Virus record (IMG/VR): IMGVR_UViG_3300034021_000250
Coordinates: 1 to 57,086 of that record
Source: a virus
Taxonomy: Duplodnaviria > Caudoviricetes
DNA length: 57,086 nt
Strand: one strand, 5' to 3'
Shown here: positions 45,815 to 55,171 of the stretch, in pieces
Position numbering within the stretch: the stretch's first letter is position 1
Layout: each line of letters opens with the position of its first letter
The notes under the pieces: generated by a model
Seen by the model: the letters and a program-made list of their open reading frames with translations, nothing else
What the model was told of the DNA's origin: nothing
Database searches by the model: none
Program-made: the position numbers and the translations under genes

Positions 45815-47953
45815 ATGAATTCATATGGTCTACAAACTCCTGTCTCTGGCAACATTGGTGGAATTTTACCAGTGCAGAATAATGCTGCGTTAAACGCGGC
45901 TGAAGACGCTCGCCGTCAAGCAGAGCGAGAAAACAACCAGCCAATAATTCAATCACTAGCTGCACACGTGCGTAAATGCTGGACTCAAGCGTACACAGCA
46001 AAACAACAAACAGTTGAACCACGTATGTTGCAGTCAGTTCGTCAACGTAGAGGCGAATACGACCCAGAAACTCTAGGCGAGATCAGAAAAACTGGCGGTT
46101 CAGAAATCTACATGATGTTGACTTCGAATAAATGCCGCGCTGCTAGCTCATGGTTACGTGATGTTCTAACAGGCACCGGCAACGACAAGCCTTGGGGCAT
46201 CGACCCTACTCCAGTACCAACGCTAAACCCTACTGATATGGAAGGTGTAGCTGCAGAGGCTTCACAAGAAGCTATGGCAATTGAACAAGCCATGGGCGCA
46301 CAGATTACTACTCCATACCAGATGAAAGAGATCGTTAACCGCATCTCAGATCGCAAGACAGCAGAAGCAATGACCGACGCGAGAATGTATGCATCTCGCA
46401 TGGAAAACAAAATGGAAGACCAGTTAGACCAAGGCAACTTTATGGATGCCCTATCTGACTTCACAGACGACCTAACAACATTCCCATCAGCAATCCTTAA
46501 AGGCCCAGTTGTACGTAACAAACCACGTATGCAATGGGTACAAAATGGCAAGGATTGGACACCAGATGTTAAGAACGAAATCGTTCTTGAGTGGGAGCGT
46601 GTTGATCCATTTATGATTTACCCTGCTCCACATGCAACGGATATTAATGACGGGTACTTAATTGAGCGTCACCGTTTAAATCGTTCTGATCTTGTAGACC
46701 TTATTGGGGTTGACGGATATTCTGAGAACGCAATTCGTGCAGTGCTAGAGCAATACAATAAAGGCGGCCTACATGAGTGGCTGCGAGTAGATACGCAAAA
46801 AGCACTTGCTGAAGGTAAATCAACTTCAGCTATCAGCCAAAATGACGAACGTATTGATGCCCTTCAATATTGGGGTTCAGTACAAGGACGCTGGCTAGTT
46901 GAGTGGGGTATGGACAAAAAAGACGTTCCAGACCTTGATAAAGAATACAACTGCGAAATCTGGCTAATCGGTCAATGGATTATTAAAGCAACGCTTAACT
47001 ATGATCCGTTCGGTCGTAAACCGTACTACAAAACATCATACGAAGAGATTCCCGGCGTTTTCTGGGGTAACTCAGTAGCTGACTTAGTACGTGACTGCCA
47101 AAACGTCTGTAACAGCGCTGCACGCGCTTTAGTGAACAACATGGGCATATCATCCGGCCCTCAAGTTTCTGTGAACGTAGACCGCATTCCTGCAGGTGAA
47201 GACGTCACACAAATGTACCCATGGAAAATCTGGCAAACAGTTAACGATCCGTTCGGTAGCTCTGCGCAGCCAGTGTCATTCTTCCAACCATCATCTCTAG
47301 CACAAGAGTTAATGGTAATTCACAACACATTCTCTGGTCTAGCTGACGAATACTCAGGTGTTCCTCGTTATATGACCGGTGATAGCCCTGCAGGTGGAGC
47401 CGGACGTACAGCTTCTGGTATGTCTATGTTGATGAATAACGCAAGCAAGGCAATGAAACAGGTTGTAAATAACATTGACCAGTTCATCATGCGTCCGCTT
47501 ATTGAGCGTTTGTATTACTACAACATGAAGTATGGTAAAGACCCAGAACTTAAAGGCGACGTGAATATTATTGCTCGCGGTACAAACGCAATGATTCAAA
47601 AAGAAGGCGCTCAACAACGTCGTAACGAGTTCTTACAGATCGTTGCTAGCAACCCTACATTCAGCCAATTGGTTGGTATGCAAGGTATTGCAGCATTACT
47701 TCGTGAGACAGCAAAAACACTTGATATGGATACTGACAAGCTAGTTCCTTCAGATGAAGCAATTCGCGCTATGCAGTTCCAACAAAGCCAACAAGCAATG
47801 ATTCAACAAGGTTTAGCAGCACAGCAAGGTCAACAGCCTCAGCAAATTCCACAACCGCAGCAACCACATGGGCCAATTGCTCAAAATGGGCAGACCCTTA
47901 TGAATGGGCAACCAATAACAGACAATTTCCAACCAAACAGACAACCGGGGTAG
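45815..47953 (+). CDS. Portal protein
   Basis: About 710 aa after terL; RVDPFMIYP, FWGNSV, RTASGMSMLM, Q-rich tail; track start at 45800 lies inside the promoter. Confidence 0.9.
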   Translation: MNSYGLQTPVSGNIGGILPVQNNAALNAAEDARRQAERENNQPIIQSLAAHVRKCWTQAYTAKQQTVEPRMLQSVRQRRGEYDPETLGEIRKTGGSEIYMMLTSNKCRAASSWLRDVLTGTGNDKPWGIDPTPVPTLNPTDMEGVAAEASQEAMAIEQAMGAQITTPYQMKEIVNRISDRKTAEAMTDARMYASRMENKMEDQLDQGNFMDALSDFTDDLTTFPSAILKGPVVRNKPRMQWVQNGKDWTPDVKNEIVLEWERVDPFMIYPAPHATDINDGYLIERHRLNRSDLVDLIGVDGYSENAIRAVLEQYNKGGLHEWLRVDTQKALAEGKSTSAISQNDERIDALQYWGSVQGRWLVEWGMDKKDVPDLDKEYNCEIWLIGQWIIKATLNYDPFGRKPYYKTSYEEIPGVFWGNSVADLVRDCQNVCNSAARALVNNMGISSGPQVSVNVDRIPAGEDVTQMYPWKIWQTVNDPFGSSAQPVSFFQPSSLAQELMVIHNTFSGLADEYSGVPRYMTGDSPAGGAGRTASGMSMLMNNASKAMKQVVNNIDQFIMRPLIERLYYYNMKYGKDPELKGDVNIIARGTNAMIQKEGAQQRRNEFLQIVASNPTFSQLVGMQGIAALLRETAKTLDMDTDKLVPSDEAIRAMQFQQSQQAMIQQGLAAQQGQQPQQIPQPQQPHGPIAQNGQTLMNGQPITDNFQPNRQPG

Positions 47954-47959
47954 TTTTCC

Positions 47960-48172
47960 ATGAGTGACGAAATCCACGAAAGAGTCGCCGTACTCGAAGC
48001 AAACTACGAGTCTACAGTCAAAAAGTTGGACGAAGCCATTTCTAAGCTAGATGGTATTAATACGCAGCTGAGTAAATACCACGGATTTATTGGCGCAGTT
48101 GCATTCATTGTCACAGGCGTTGGTATAGCTTGGAATATTTTTGGCGGTTGGGTTAAGACACACTGGCAATGA
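47960..48172 (+). CDS. Holin-like protein (coiled coil plus one TM)
   Basis: ERVAVLE coiled coil and C-terminal TM helix, ahead of the endolysin. Confidence 0.55.
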   Translation: MSDEIHERVAVLEANYESTVKKLDEAISKLDGINTQLSKYHGFIGAVAFIVTGVGIAWNIFGGWVKTHWQ

Positions 48173-48354
48173 AGCAAAGCGTAATAAACAAAGTCAATCA
48201 ATGTAAGAAGTGCTTATCGTATTACACGGAAGGCGTTGAAGGTGACGACGGTGTTTGCGATGCATGTTTTGATGCTGACGTAGACCCAATAGTCGATGAA
48301 GACGAAGTTATAGAAGAAGCAGACCCACCGGACGTAAACATTCAAAATGATTAA
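48169..48354 (+). CDS. Small acidic Cys4 protein
   Basis: CKKC...CDAC; overlaps both neighbours. Confidence 0.5.
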   Translation: MKQSVINKVNQCKKCLSYYTEGVEGDDGVCDACFDADVDPIVDEDEVIEEADPPDVNIQND

Positions 48355-48760
48355 TAGCCGCGACCCAAACGCACTACACCCCAAAGTAAAAGAACTATGT
48401 GTCGATTTTATCGAAAAATGTAAACACGAAGGTATTGACGTGATTATTACATCGACATACCGTGATCCAGAGTCACAAAATGCGTTATACGCACAAGGTC
48501 GAACAACACCCGGAAAAATTGTTACAAACGCAAAAGCTGGAGATAGCTTCCACAACTGGAAAGTAGCATTCGATTTTTGCCCTATCGTAAACGGTAAAGC
48601 TCAATGGAATGACGGAGAGTTATTTGAGCGCTGCGGAAAGATTGGTGAATCTTTAGGGCTGGAGTGGGCTGGTCGTTGGGTTAAGTTTAAAGAACTCGCA
48701 CATTTTCAGTTTACTTATGGATTATCACTTGCTGACTTCAAAGCGGGTAAAACATTTTGA
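48347..48760 (+). CDS. Endolysin, peptidase M15 (L-Ala-D-Glu type)
   Basis: STYRD..SQNALYAQGR, SFHNWKVAFD, LEWAG.W, ELAHFQ. Confidence 0.92.
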   Translation: MINSRDPNALHPKVKELCVDFIEKCKHEGIDVIITSTYRDPESQNALYAQGRTTPGKIVTNAKAGDSFHNWKVAFDFCPIVNGKAQWNDGELFERCGKIGESLGLEWAGRWVKFKELAHFQFTYGLSLADFKAGKTF

Positions 48761-48951
48761 ACAACAAAGCTTGGTACAAAAGTAAAACTATCTGGTTTAA
48801 CGTCCTTGCAGCCATGGGAGCAGCTCTTGAGGCATCTCTCAGTGTTATTCAAGGTGAGATTAACCAAAACGCTTACTTAGCTCTGGTCGTTATAGTAGCC
48901 GGCGGTAACGTTATTCTGAGATTTATATCAGCACAGGGCATAGGAAAATAA
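48757..48951 (+). CDS. Holin (two TM)
   Basis: KAWYKSKTIWFN...NVILRFIS; TTG start. Confidence 0.7.
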   Translation: MNNKAWYKSKTIWFNVLAAMGAALEASLSVIQGEINQNAYLALVVIVAGGNVILRFISAQGIGK

Positions 48952-49475
48952 TGTGGGCAAACATAATACCGATGTTCAACCAGTATCGTGCGGCCTTCAT
49001 TGCAGGGCTTCTGGCTGTTCTACTCATGGGTGCCTTTATCGCAGGATGGAAAGTAGAGTCTTGGCGGTGGGCAGCAGCAGAAGAGAAGAGAATGGAGCAA
49101 GCAATAGTACTTCAACTGGAGACACAAAAGAAAACACTAGCGCTTCAAGCAGTAGCCGATAACACACAACAGGGAGCCGTTAACGCGGTTAAAAGTGTAT
49201 ATGAATACTATTCGAGCCACCCTACTATTAAGTACCTTGGTAATGACTGCATGCAGCAGTACAACACTGATAAAACCTTGTCCAGTATTACCGAAACCAC
49301 CAACGGCAATAACACAGCTTCCGCCAACAATGGACACGCTACCATTGAAGTTACAGAAACAATACAAGTAATACAACCAAACCTACTAGAGCGCTGTGCT
49401 GAAACGACAGTTCAAGCACTCCAATGTAGGCAATACGTACTAGACCTTACTAAGGAAACTAACAATGCCAACTAA
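48951..49475 (+). CDS. Inner-membrane spanin (Rz-like)
   Basis: N-terminal TM, GWKVESWR, coiled coil, cysteines. Confidence 0.75.
   Translation: MWANIIPMFNQYRAAFIAGLLAVLLMGAFIAGWKVESWRWAAAEEKRMEQAIVLQLETQKKTLALQAVADNTQQGAVNAVKSVYEYYSSHPTIKYLGNDCMQQYNTDKTLSSITETTNGNNTASANNGHATIEVTETIQVIQPNLLERCAETTVQALQCRQYVLDLTKETNNAN
49201..49371 (+). CDS. Outer-membrane spanin lipoprotein (Rz1-like), embedded in the +1 frame
   Basis: MNTIRATLLLSTLVMTA-C lipobox then Pro-rich KPCPVLPKPP; 56 aa; not in the ORF track. Confidence 0.8.
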   Translation: MNTIRATLLLSTLVMTACSSTTLIKPCPVLPKPPTAITQLPPTMDTLPLKLQKQYK

Positions 49476-49489
49476 GAAATGCTAATACT

Positions 49490-49520
49490 TGTTGACATGT
49501 TAACAAGAAAGTAGTATAAG
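49490..49520 (+). promoter_or_regulatory. Head-operon promoter with operator
   Basis: TTGACA-17bp-TATAAG-7nt-ATG; TGTTGACATGTTAACA at 49490-49505. Confidence 0.7.
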
Positions 49521-49527
49521 GCAGGTA

Positions 49528-49764
49528 ATGAATAACGAAATTGCTCTTTATAGAAGCTTGATGATTATCCGAAATTCGGACGAGTTCAAGGCTTATCGAG
49601 AATGGCTAGAAGACCAGCGTGAGAAATCACGAGATCGGCTCGAAACCACTACCGAAGAGATTGTGCTTAGACAAGAACAAGGCGCATCACGAGTCTATAA
49701 GACACTAATTGGGAAAATCGAGGACGCCCCAAAGACCCTCGAAAAACTCGTAGACCGTAAATAA
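49528..49764 (+). CDS. Small head-module protein (Bbp19-like)
   Basis: RQEQGA motif; precedes the scaffold. Confidence 0.6.
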   Translation: MNNEIALYRSLMIIRNSDEFKAYREWLEDQREKSRDRLETTTEEIVLRQEQGASRVYKTLIGKIEDAPKTLEKLVDRK

Positions 49765-49822
49765 GCTGAACACTTCTAACGAAACTCAGTAGATATAGCC
49801 GGCACGAAAAGGAGAATAGACA

Positions 49823-50785
49823 ATGGATCAGGACTTGCCAAAGGCAATTCAGAACGAGCTTGCACAAGCTGAAGCGATTGAGAAACAACTGGCAGATGAA
49901 GCGGCTTCCAAAGAAGGAAATACCGAACCAGCACCAGAACCAACGCCAACTGAACCCACGGAAGTACCCTCTGAACCAAAACCAGCTGAAGAACCTAAGC
50001 CAGCTGTGGATGCGGAATGGAAACAGCGTTATGACATCCTTCAAGGGAAGTACAACGCAGAAGTACCAAGGTTACATGACCAACTGAAATCTCAAGGTGA
50101 TGTCTTGCAGCAACTTCAGCATGAGCTAGAAGCACTTAAAAACAAACCAGCAGAGCCACAACAGCCTAAAGAATCACTGGTAACTGACAAAGATGAAGAA
50201 ACATTCGGATCAGATTTAGTTGACCTTGCAAGACGCGTCTCACGAGACGAAGCTTCGCAAACGCTTCAACGAATCAACATGATTGAAAATGCGATTCAAC
50301 AGTTAATGCAGCTTTCACAGAAAGTAACCGCAGTTGAAACTAACCAAGTACAAACAGCGCAAGATAAGTTTTGGACTTCGATAGCAACAGCAGTGCCAGA
50401 TTGGAAAGAAATTAACCACGAAGCGCAATGGTTATCATGGCTAGCTGAGTATGACATTGTAGCTGGCAAGACACGACAAGAAAGCCTAGACGAAGCTTCA
50501 CAACGTTTAGATGCAGACCGAGTCGCTGGATTGTTCAAACTATGGAAAACTCAATTCAGACCTGCAGAACCAGCTAAATCAAATACCGATGCAGAACTCT
50601 CTCGTCAGGTGGCTCCACCTAAACAAGGTGCCTCCTCTGTGCCGACACAACAGAAAATTTGGACAGGTGCAGAATATGAACGAGCGTACGACCCACGCTT
50701 AATGACACAGATGTCAGCCGATGAAGTTGATAGTCTACAAGCCGAGGCCGAACGTGCAGTCCAAGAAGGACGAGTTCGTTGGTAA
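49823..50785 (+). CDS. Capsid scaffolding protein
   Basis: Acidic, PE-rich, LQGKYNAEVPRL, C-terminal AVQEGRV; directly before the MCP. Confidence 0.8.
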   Translation: MDQDLPKAIQNELAQAEAIEKQLADEAASKEGNTEPAPEPTPTEPTEVPSEPKPAEEPKPAVDAEWKQRYDILQGKYNAEVPRLHDQLKSQGDVLQQLQHELEALKNKPAEPQQPKESLVTDKDEETFGSDLVDLARRVSRDEASQTLQRINMIENAIQQLMQLSQKVTAVETNQVQTAQDKFWTSIATAVPDWKEINHEAQWLSWLAEYDIVAGKTRQESLDEASQRLDADRVAGLFKLWKTQFRPAEPAKSNTDAELSRQVAPPKQGASSVPTQQKIWTGAEYERAYDPRLMTQMSADEVDSLQAEAERAVQEGRVRW

Positions 50786-50845
50786 TTAGGTTGGAGCCAT
50801 AATAAATCATTTTGAGTTGTTAACACGTAAACTAGGAGAATTATT

Positions 50846-51826
50846 ATGGCAGCAACATTTCCAGTAGTATCACCATTTAATACAAACCCATCTTACTCAG
50901 GTGCGTTTATCCCGACCCTATGGTCTGCTAAATTGAACGCTAAGTTCTACAAAGCAACCGTATTCGGCGAAATCGCTAACACAAACTGGGAAGGTGAAAT
51001 CAAGGGCATGGGTGACAAGATCGTCATCAACAACATCCCAACATTGACAATCAACAGCTATAGCTCTGGTACAGCGTTATCATACGAAGTTCCAGCACCA
51101 AGCACATTGACTATGAACATCGACAAAGGTAAATACTTTGCGTTCCAAGTGAATGATGTATTGGCTTACCAATCAGAAATCAAATTGATGGATACGTTCT
51201 CAAACGATGCATCTATGCAAATGAAGATTTCTATTGATAGCACTGTATTGTTCAACACATTCAGCGGCGCAGCAGCAGCAAACAAAGGCGCTAACGCAGG
51301 TGTTCAATCTGGCGGCTACAACTTAGGTACTGATGCAAGCCCAATCGCTTTGTCAGCAACTAACGTTCTTTCAACAATCACATCATTGTCTTCAGTATTG
51401 GATGAGCAAAACATCCCTGAAACAGATCGTTTCTTGTTGATTGACCCAGCTACTCGTCAATTGTTACTAAGCTCTAACTTGGCACAAGCTCAATTCATGG
51501 GTGACAGTCAATCTGTATTGCGTAACGGTCGTATCGGTACTATTGACCGCTTCACAGTATATGTATCAAACAACTTGCCACGCGGCGCTGCTGCTAAAAC
51601 ATGGGCATCTGGTGACGGTACAGAAGGTAATGCAACAGGTACTACAGAAGCTAAACGTCGTGCAATCGTTGCTGGTCACAAATCAGGTCTCAGCTTCGCT
51701 TCACAAATGACTAAGGTTGAAACTGTTCGCAACCCATCAGACTTCGGTGATTACATCCGTGGCTTGAATGTGTTCGGTTACACAGTAACTAAACCAGAAG
51801 CATTAGCTTACGCTGTTGTAGCTTAG
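50846..51826 (+). CDS. Major capsid protein
   Basis: FIPTLWSAKL, WEGEI..GD.I.I, FGDYIRGLNVFG; biased codon use; followed by a terminator. Confidence 0.92.
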   Translation: MAATFPVVSPFNTNPSYSGAFIPTLWSAKLNAKFYKATVFGEIANTNWEGEIKGMGDKIVINNIPTLTINSYSSGTALSYEVPAPSTLTMNIDKGKYFAFQVNDVLAYQSEIKLMDTFSNDASMQMKISIDSTVLFNTFSGAAAANKGANAGVQSGGYNLGTDASPIALSATNVLSTITSLSSVLDEQNIPETDRFLLIDPATRQLLLSSNLAQAQFMGDSQSVLRNGRIGTIDRFTVYVSNNLPRGAAAKTWASGDGTEGNATGTTEAKRRAIVAGHKSGLSFASQMTKVETVRNPSDFGDYIRGLNVFGYTVTKPEALAYAVVA

Positions 51827-51840
51827 TTGTAAGAAAGAAC

Positions 51841-51865
51841 GGGTGGGGGTTCTCCCCACCCTTTT
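51841..51865 (+). terminator. Rho-independent terminator after the MCP
   Basis: GGGTGGGG-GTTCT-CCCCACCC-TTTT. Confidence 0.85.
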
Positions 51866-51884
51866 ACCAATCAGGAGAATTTAA

Positions 51885-52160
51885 ATGGCACAAACTTTAG
51901 AGTCCGTACTTAAACAACTTGGCGAAGATGCAAGTTTAACTGGCGGGCGAATCATTGTTTACCGTGATGGCAAACACACAGACGTAGGTGGTCTAGGACT
52001 ACATGACGGCGTGTTTAATTTGACAGAGCAAGGTGTTGCATTGCTAGGTGAAGCTCCAGCGGAAGAGCCTAAGAGTTCAGGCAAAGGTAAGAAAGCAGTA
52101 GAGAAGGTCGTTGAAACACAAGAAGAAACACTAGCTGAAAAGCTAGATGCCTTGGAGTAA
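51885..52160 (+). CDS. Hypothetical protein
   Basis: SD AGGAG; in operon. Confidence 0.7.
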   Translation: MAQTLESVLKQLGEDASLTGGRIIVYRDGKHTDVGGLGLHDGVFNLTEQGVALLGEAPAEEPKSSGKGKKAVEKVVETQEETLAEKLDALE

Positions 52161-52163
52161 TAC

Positions 52164-52493
52164 ATGTCATACACCATGCAAAACGTAGTTGATAAAGCTC
52201 GAATCCCGTTGAATGACGCGGCTAAAGACCGTTATACCGACGTTGCTTTGCTTGGGTATGCAAACGATGCAGTTCTGGTTCTGCGTAAACGTAGACCAGA
52301 TTTATTTCTAGGTCGTTGGGCAGTTTTGCCGAACGCTTTAGCGCTCACAGACGCGTTCCCTGTAGCAGATGAGTATGTGCCAATCATGGCTGACTACATC
52401 GCCGGTCGCGCAGAGCTTGTTGACGATGAGAACATAGACAACTCTCGCGCATCATCGCTTATTAACTCATTTATTACTGGGATTACAACCTAA
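52164..52493 (+). CDS. Head-tail adaptor-like protein
   Basis: ARIPLND...RYTD..LL.Y.ND...RPD. Confidence 0.7.
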   Translation: MSYTMQNVVDKARIPLNDAAKDRYTDVALLGYANDAVLVLRKRRPDLFLGRWAVLPNALALTDAFPVADEYVPIMADYIAGRAELVDDENIDNSRASSLINSFITGITT

Positions 52494-53131
52494 TGAAACT
52501 ATGGGCCGACTTTTTTGATTATGTGATAGCGGAACTTCCGGGAGTACCGCAAGACGTCGCTACGCTTCACATTCGAAACGCAGCTATAGATTTCTGTGAC
52601 CAAACTGGTATCTACGTATATAGCGCTGACCCAGTTGATATTCAAGCTGGCGTTGCAGAGTACGATTTAGACCCACCTTCAAGTAACTATGATGTTGCAC
52701 GAGTTGGATCAGCTTGGGTTGAGACGAACGAGCTAGCCCCAATGAGCGAGGATATGCTTCGTTCAAAAATGATTAACTGGACAGAGCAAGAAGGTTATCC
52801 ACAAGGCTTCATGCACTCTAACCCAAGCGAAATGCGCTTAGTACCTATCCCTGATCTTGATATTAGTGAGGGTCTAAAAATTCGTTTGGTACTTCGTCCA
52901 GCACGAACAGGGCGTGGCGTAGAAGATTGGATTTTTAACAAGTACGTGGAGACGATTGCATCAGGCGCAAAATACCGTCTTGCGTCAATGCCACAGAAAC
53001 CATGGACTAGTTCCGACGTAGCTACTTACCACGGAAAAATGTATCAAGCTGGTATAGAAGCTGCGGCTACAGAAGCAACTAAGAGTTACACCCGCGCAAA
53101 ACTTCAAGTGTATTTAACTAGGATTGTATGA
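52493..53131 (+). CDS. Adaptor / tail tubular protein A-like
   Basis: AAIDFC, GVAEYDL, LVPIPD, GAKYRL..MP.KPW. Confidence 0.7.
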   Translation: MKLWADFFDYVIAELPGVPQDVATLHIRNAAIDFCDQTGIYVYSADPVDIQAGVAEYDLDPPSSNYDVARVGSAWVETNELAPMSEDMLRSKMINWTEQEGYPQGFMHSNPSEMRLVPIPDLDISEGLKIRLVLRPARTGRGVEDWIFNKYVETIASGAKYRLASMPQKPWTSSDVATYHGKMYQAGIEAAATEATKSYTRAKLQVYLTRIV

Positions 53132-53289
53132 GCGAATTTAAATTAGGTAGTGAACCAAAGTCTATGCGAATCGAAGCAGTTGTTATTCGTGCTAACGGTA
53201 AACGCGAAGATTTAGGTGTTATTTCATACTGGAATAGGAATCCTCTATTACGGGCATGGTTTTGGGTAAGAAATATTTTTAGGAGATAG
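53128..53289 (+). CDS. Small protein (53 aa, not in the ORF track)
   Basis: ATGA overlap; IEAVVIRANGKREDLG..SYW.RNPL. Confidence 0.65.
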   Translation: MSEFKLGSEPKSMRIEAVVIRANGKREDLGVISYWNRNPLLRAWFWVRNIFRR

Positions 53290-53291
53290 AT

Positions 53292-53681
53292 ATGGCAACA
53301 GTATTTGCAAATGCCGGTAAAGCGATCGTATCCGGACGATTAATTGGTGCAACGCCTTCACAGGCCGAACCAAAATATTTAGCTTGGGGTACAGGTGCAG
53401 GTACATCAGCAGTAGCTGATACTACTTTGTTTACTGAGACAGCTCAGGAAGCTCGTACAACATGTACAACCACTCAAGTAACTACAACTTTGACTAATGA
53501 TACATTCCAAGCTGTAGGTACTATCACAGTTGCAACAGCAGCTAAGACAATTACTAACGCAGGTTTGTTTGATGTTACAACAGCCAGTGCAGGTAATATG
53601 TTAATGAAAACAGACTTCACAGGTATCGCATTGAACGTGGGTGACTCTATCCAGTTCACAATGAAACTACAATTTACGTAA
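53292..53681 (+). CDS. Virion structural protein
   Basis: WGTG...DTTL..E...ITNAGLF...GDSIQFT; SD AGGAG. Confidence 0.7.
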   Translation: MATVFANAGKAIVSGRLIGATPSQAEPKYLAWGTGAGTSAVADTTLFTETAQEARTTCTTTQVTTTLTNDTFQAVGTITVATAAKTITNAGLFDVTTASAGNMLMKTDFTGIALNVGDSIQFTMKLQFT

Positions 53682-53689
53682 GAAGCTAG

Positions 53690-55171
53690 ATGCTTAATAG
53701 CTACCCAGTAAACGCTGCCTATCTAAACGGTTCTGGTGGTACAGGGCAACAAGTAATCGCCTTTGTAACAGCAGGGAGCCAAGCTATATATGGTAGGTTG
53801 TGCAGAGCGTTTATAAGCGTTATTACGCGAACCGGCATTGTTGCAGGTAATAACGCTGGGATAGTTAACCCAGTAAACGGGTCTGCGGTTAACTGGATAG
53901 TAATGAATGGTGGAGTGGCATTTAGTAAAGAGCAGAAAACCATTCTAGGGATAATAGCCCTAGCAGTGACAGCAGGGATAGCTTCGTTAAAACGACTAGT
54001 AGTAATCCGCCCATTGCAGGTAGTCTCAGCAGGTTTAGTGCGCGCCCCAGCAAAACGAATACTGTCTATAGTTACGAAAAGTTGTACTGGTTTCGTAAAC
54101 ACTATTAGGGGGGTTAGGCTTATTAAGTTGTCAGTAGCCTCAGACGTACTCTCAGTAACTAGGTTTGTATTAGTAAAAGTAGCAGTAGTTATCGTTGGCA
54201 GCATAGTGAACACCCCAAGGAAGCTGATATATAGAAGGGTAGTAACAGCAAGTAATATATCACTCCGAGTAGTACGAGCGCTGTCGAGGTATACCAACTA
54301 TGCCACAGCCATACAGGTGAACGTACGTAGAGCAGTTAGTAGAATTTGGAACGTAGTAAGTTTTAGCGCAGCAGGTAACGCACGCGAGCTTATAAATCTG
54401 ATTGGTGGTGCCGTAGTTAACATGTTCGCTATAAACGGTGGCATTCCTCCTACTATCGAGCAACGAACCATATGGGGAAAAATAGTAACGGCTGTATCTA
54501 GCGCAACAGTAAATTCGGTTAAGCGAGTTTTAAAACCAGCGCTAGCAATAGGCAGCAACATACTTAAGGTAGTTAGACGTATATCGCTAATAGAGCGTGC
54601 CATTTCTACCGAGGTAGGCGCAGTAGTTAGATACGTGCGAGTGATTCTAGTAGCAGCGGTTTCAGGAGTTGTAACTACAACCAAAGCTGTGCGAGTATTT
54701 GTAGCTAAGGTTATAAGTTCAGTGGCACCGAAAAGAGTCCTATTTGTAGCGAAGAAATTTAACGCGGTTACAAACAATACTGTAAGCATATTCGTAAGAG
54801 GAGTCAGAAGAAGACTACTGGCTACTTCAAGTAGTTTACAGTCATATAGTAAACGCGTTGGTAAACCGATAATAACTATCGCAACAGGACTTAGTAGCGC
54901 TTTCAAACTAAGGGTTGTTTTAGCCAATGTAATAACTATAGTGCGCGGAACAAACTTTAAGCGCTTGTGGAACTACTCATCAGTATCTACAGCAGTAAAA
55001 GCCTCAAGAATCAGATTGGCATTCTTGGTCGGAGTAAGAGTGTTAAGCCAATGGATTATCGGATTGTTTAAGTCGAATACAACCTATGTATGTGTTAACA
55101 TGTCAACAATATATGTGGTAGACAAATACGATCCGATCGTTGTACCACCAGAAGATACGGAGATTGTGTAA
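53690..55171 (+). CDS. Very basic Val/Ile/Arg-rich repetitive protein, probable fibre/tail component
   Basis: 493-aa ORF, TAATG-coupled downstream; LN..P.N...LNG-type motif three times. Confidence 0.6.
   Translation: MLNSYPVNAAYLNGSGGTGQQVIAFVTAGSQAIYGRLCRAFISVITRTGIVAGNNAGIVNPVNGSAVNWIVMNGGVAFSKEQKTILGIIALAVTAGIASLKRLVVIRPLQVVSAGLVRAPAKRILSIVTKSCTGFVNTIRGVRLIKLSVASDVLSVTRFVLVKVAVVIVGSIVNTPRKLIYRRVVTASNISLRVVRALSRYTNYATAIQVNVRRAVSRIWNVVSFSAAGNARELINLIGGAVVNMFAINGGIPPTIEQRTIWGKIVTAVSSATVNSVKRVLKPALAIGSNILKVVRRISLIERAISTEVGAVVRYVRVILVAAVSGVVTTTKAVRVFVAKVISSVAPKRVLFVAKKFNAVTNNTVSIFVRGVRRRLLATSSSLQSYSKRVGKPIITIATGLSSAFKLRVVLANVITIVRGTNFKRLWNYSSVSTAVKASRIRLAFLVGVRVLSQWIIGLFKSNTTYVCVNMSTIYVVDKYDPIVVPPEDTEIV

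Noticed and set aside
53719-54927. Two long antisense ORFs (192 and 209 aa)
   Set aside because: Shadows of the biased + strand gene, opposite to the operon, with no recognisable motifs
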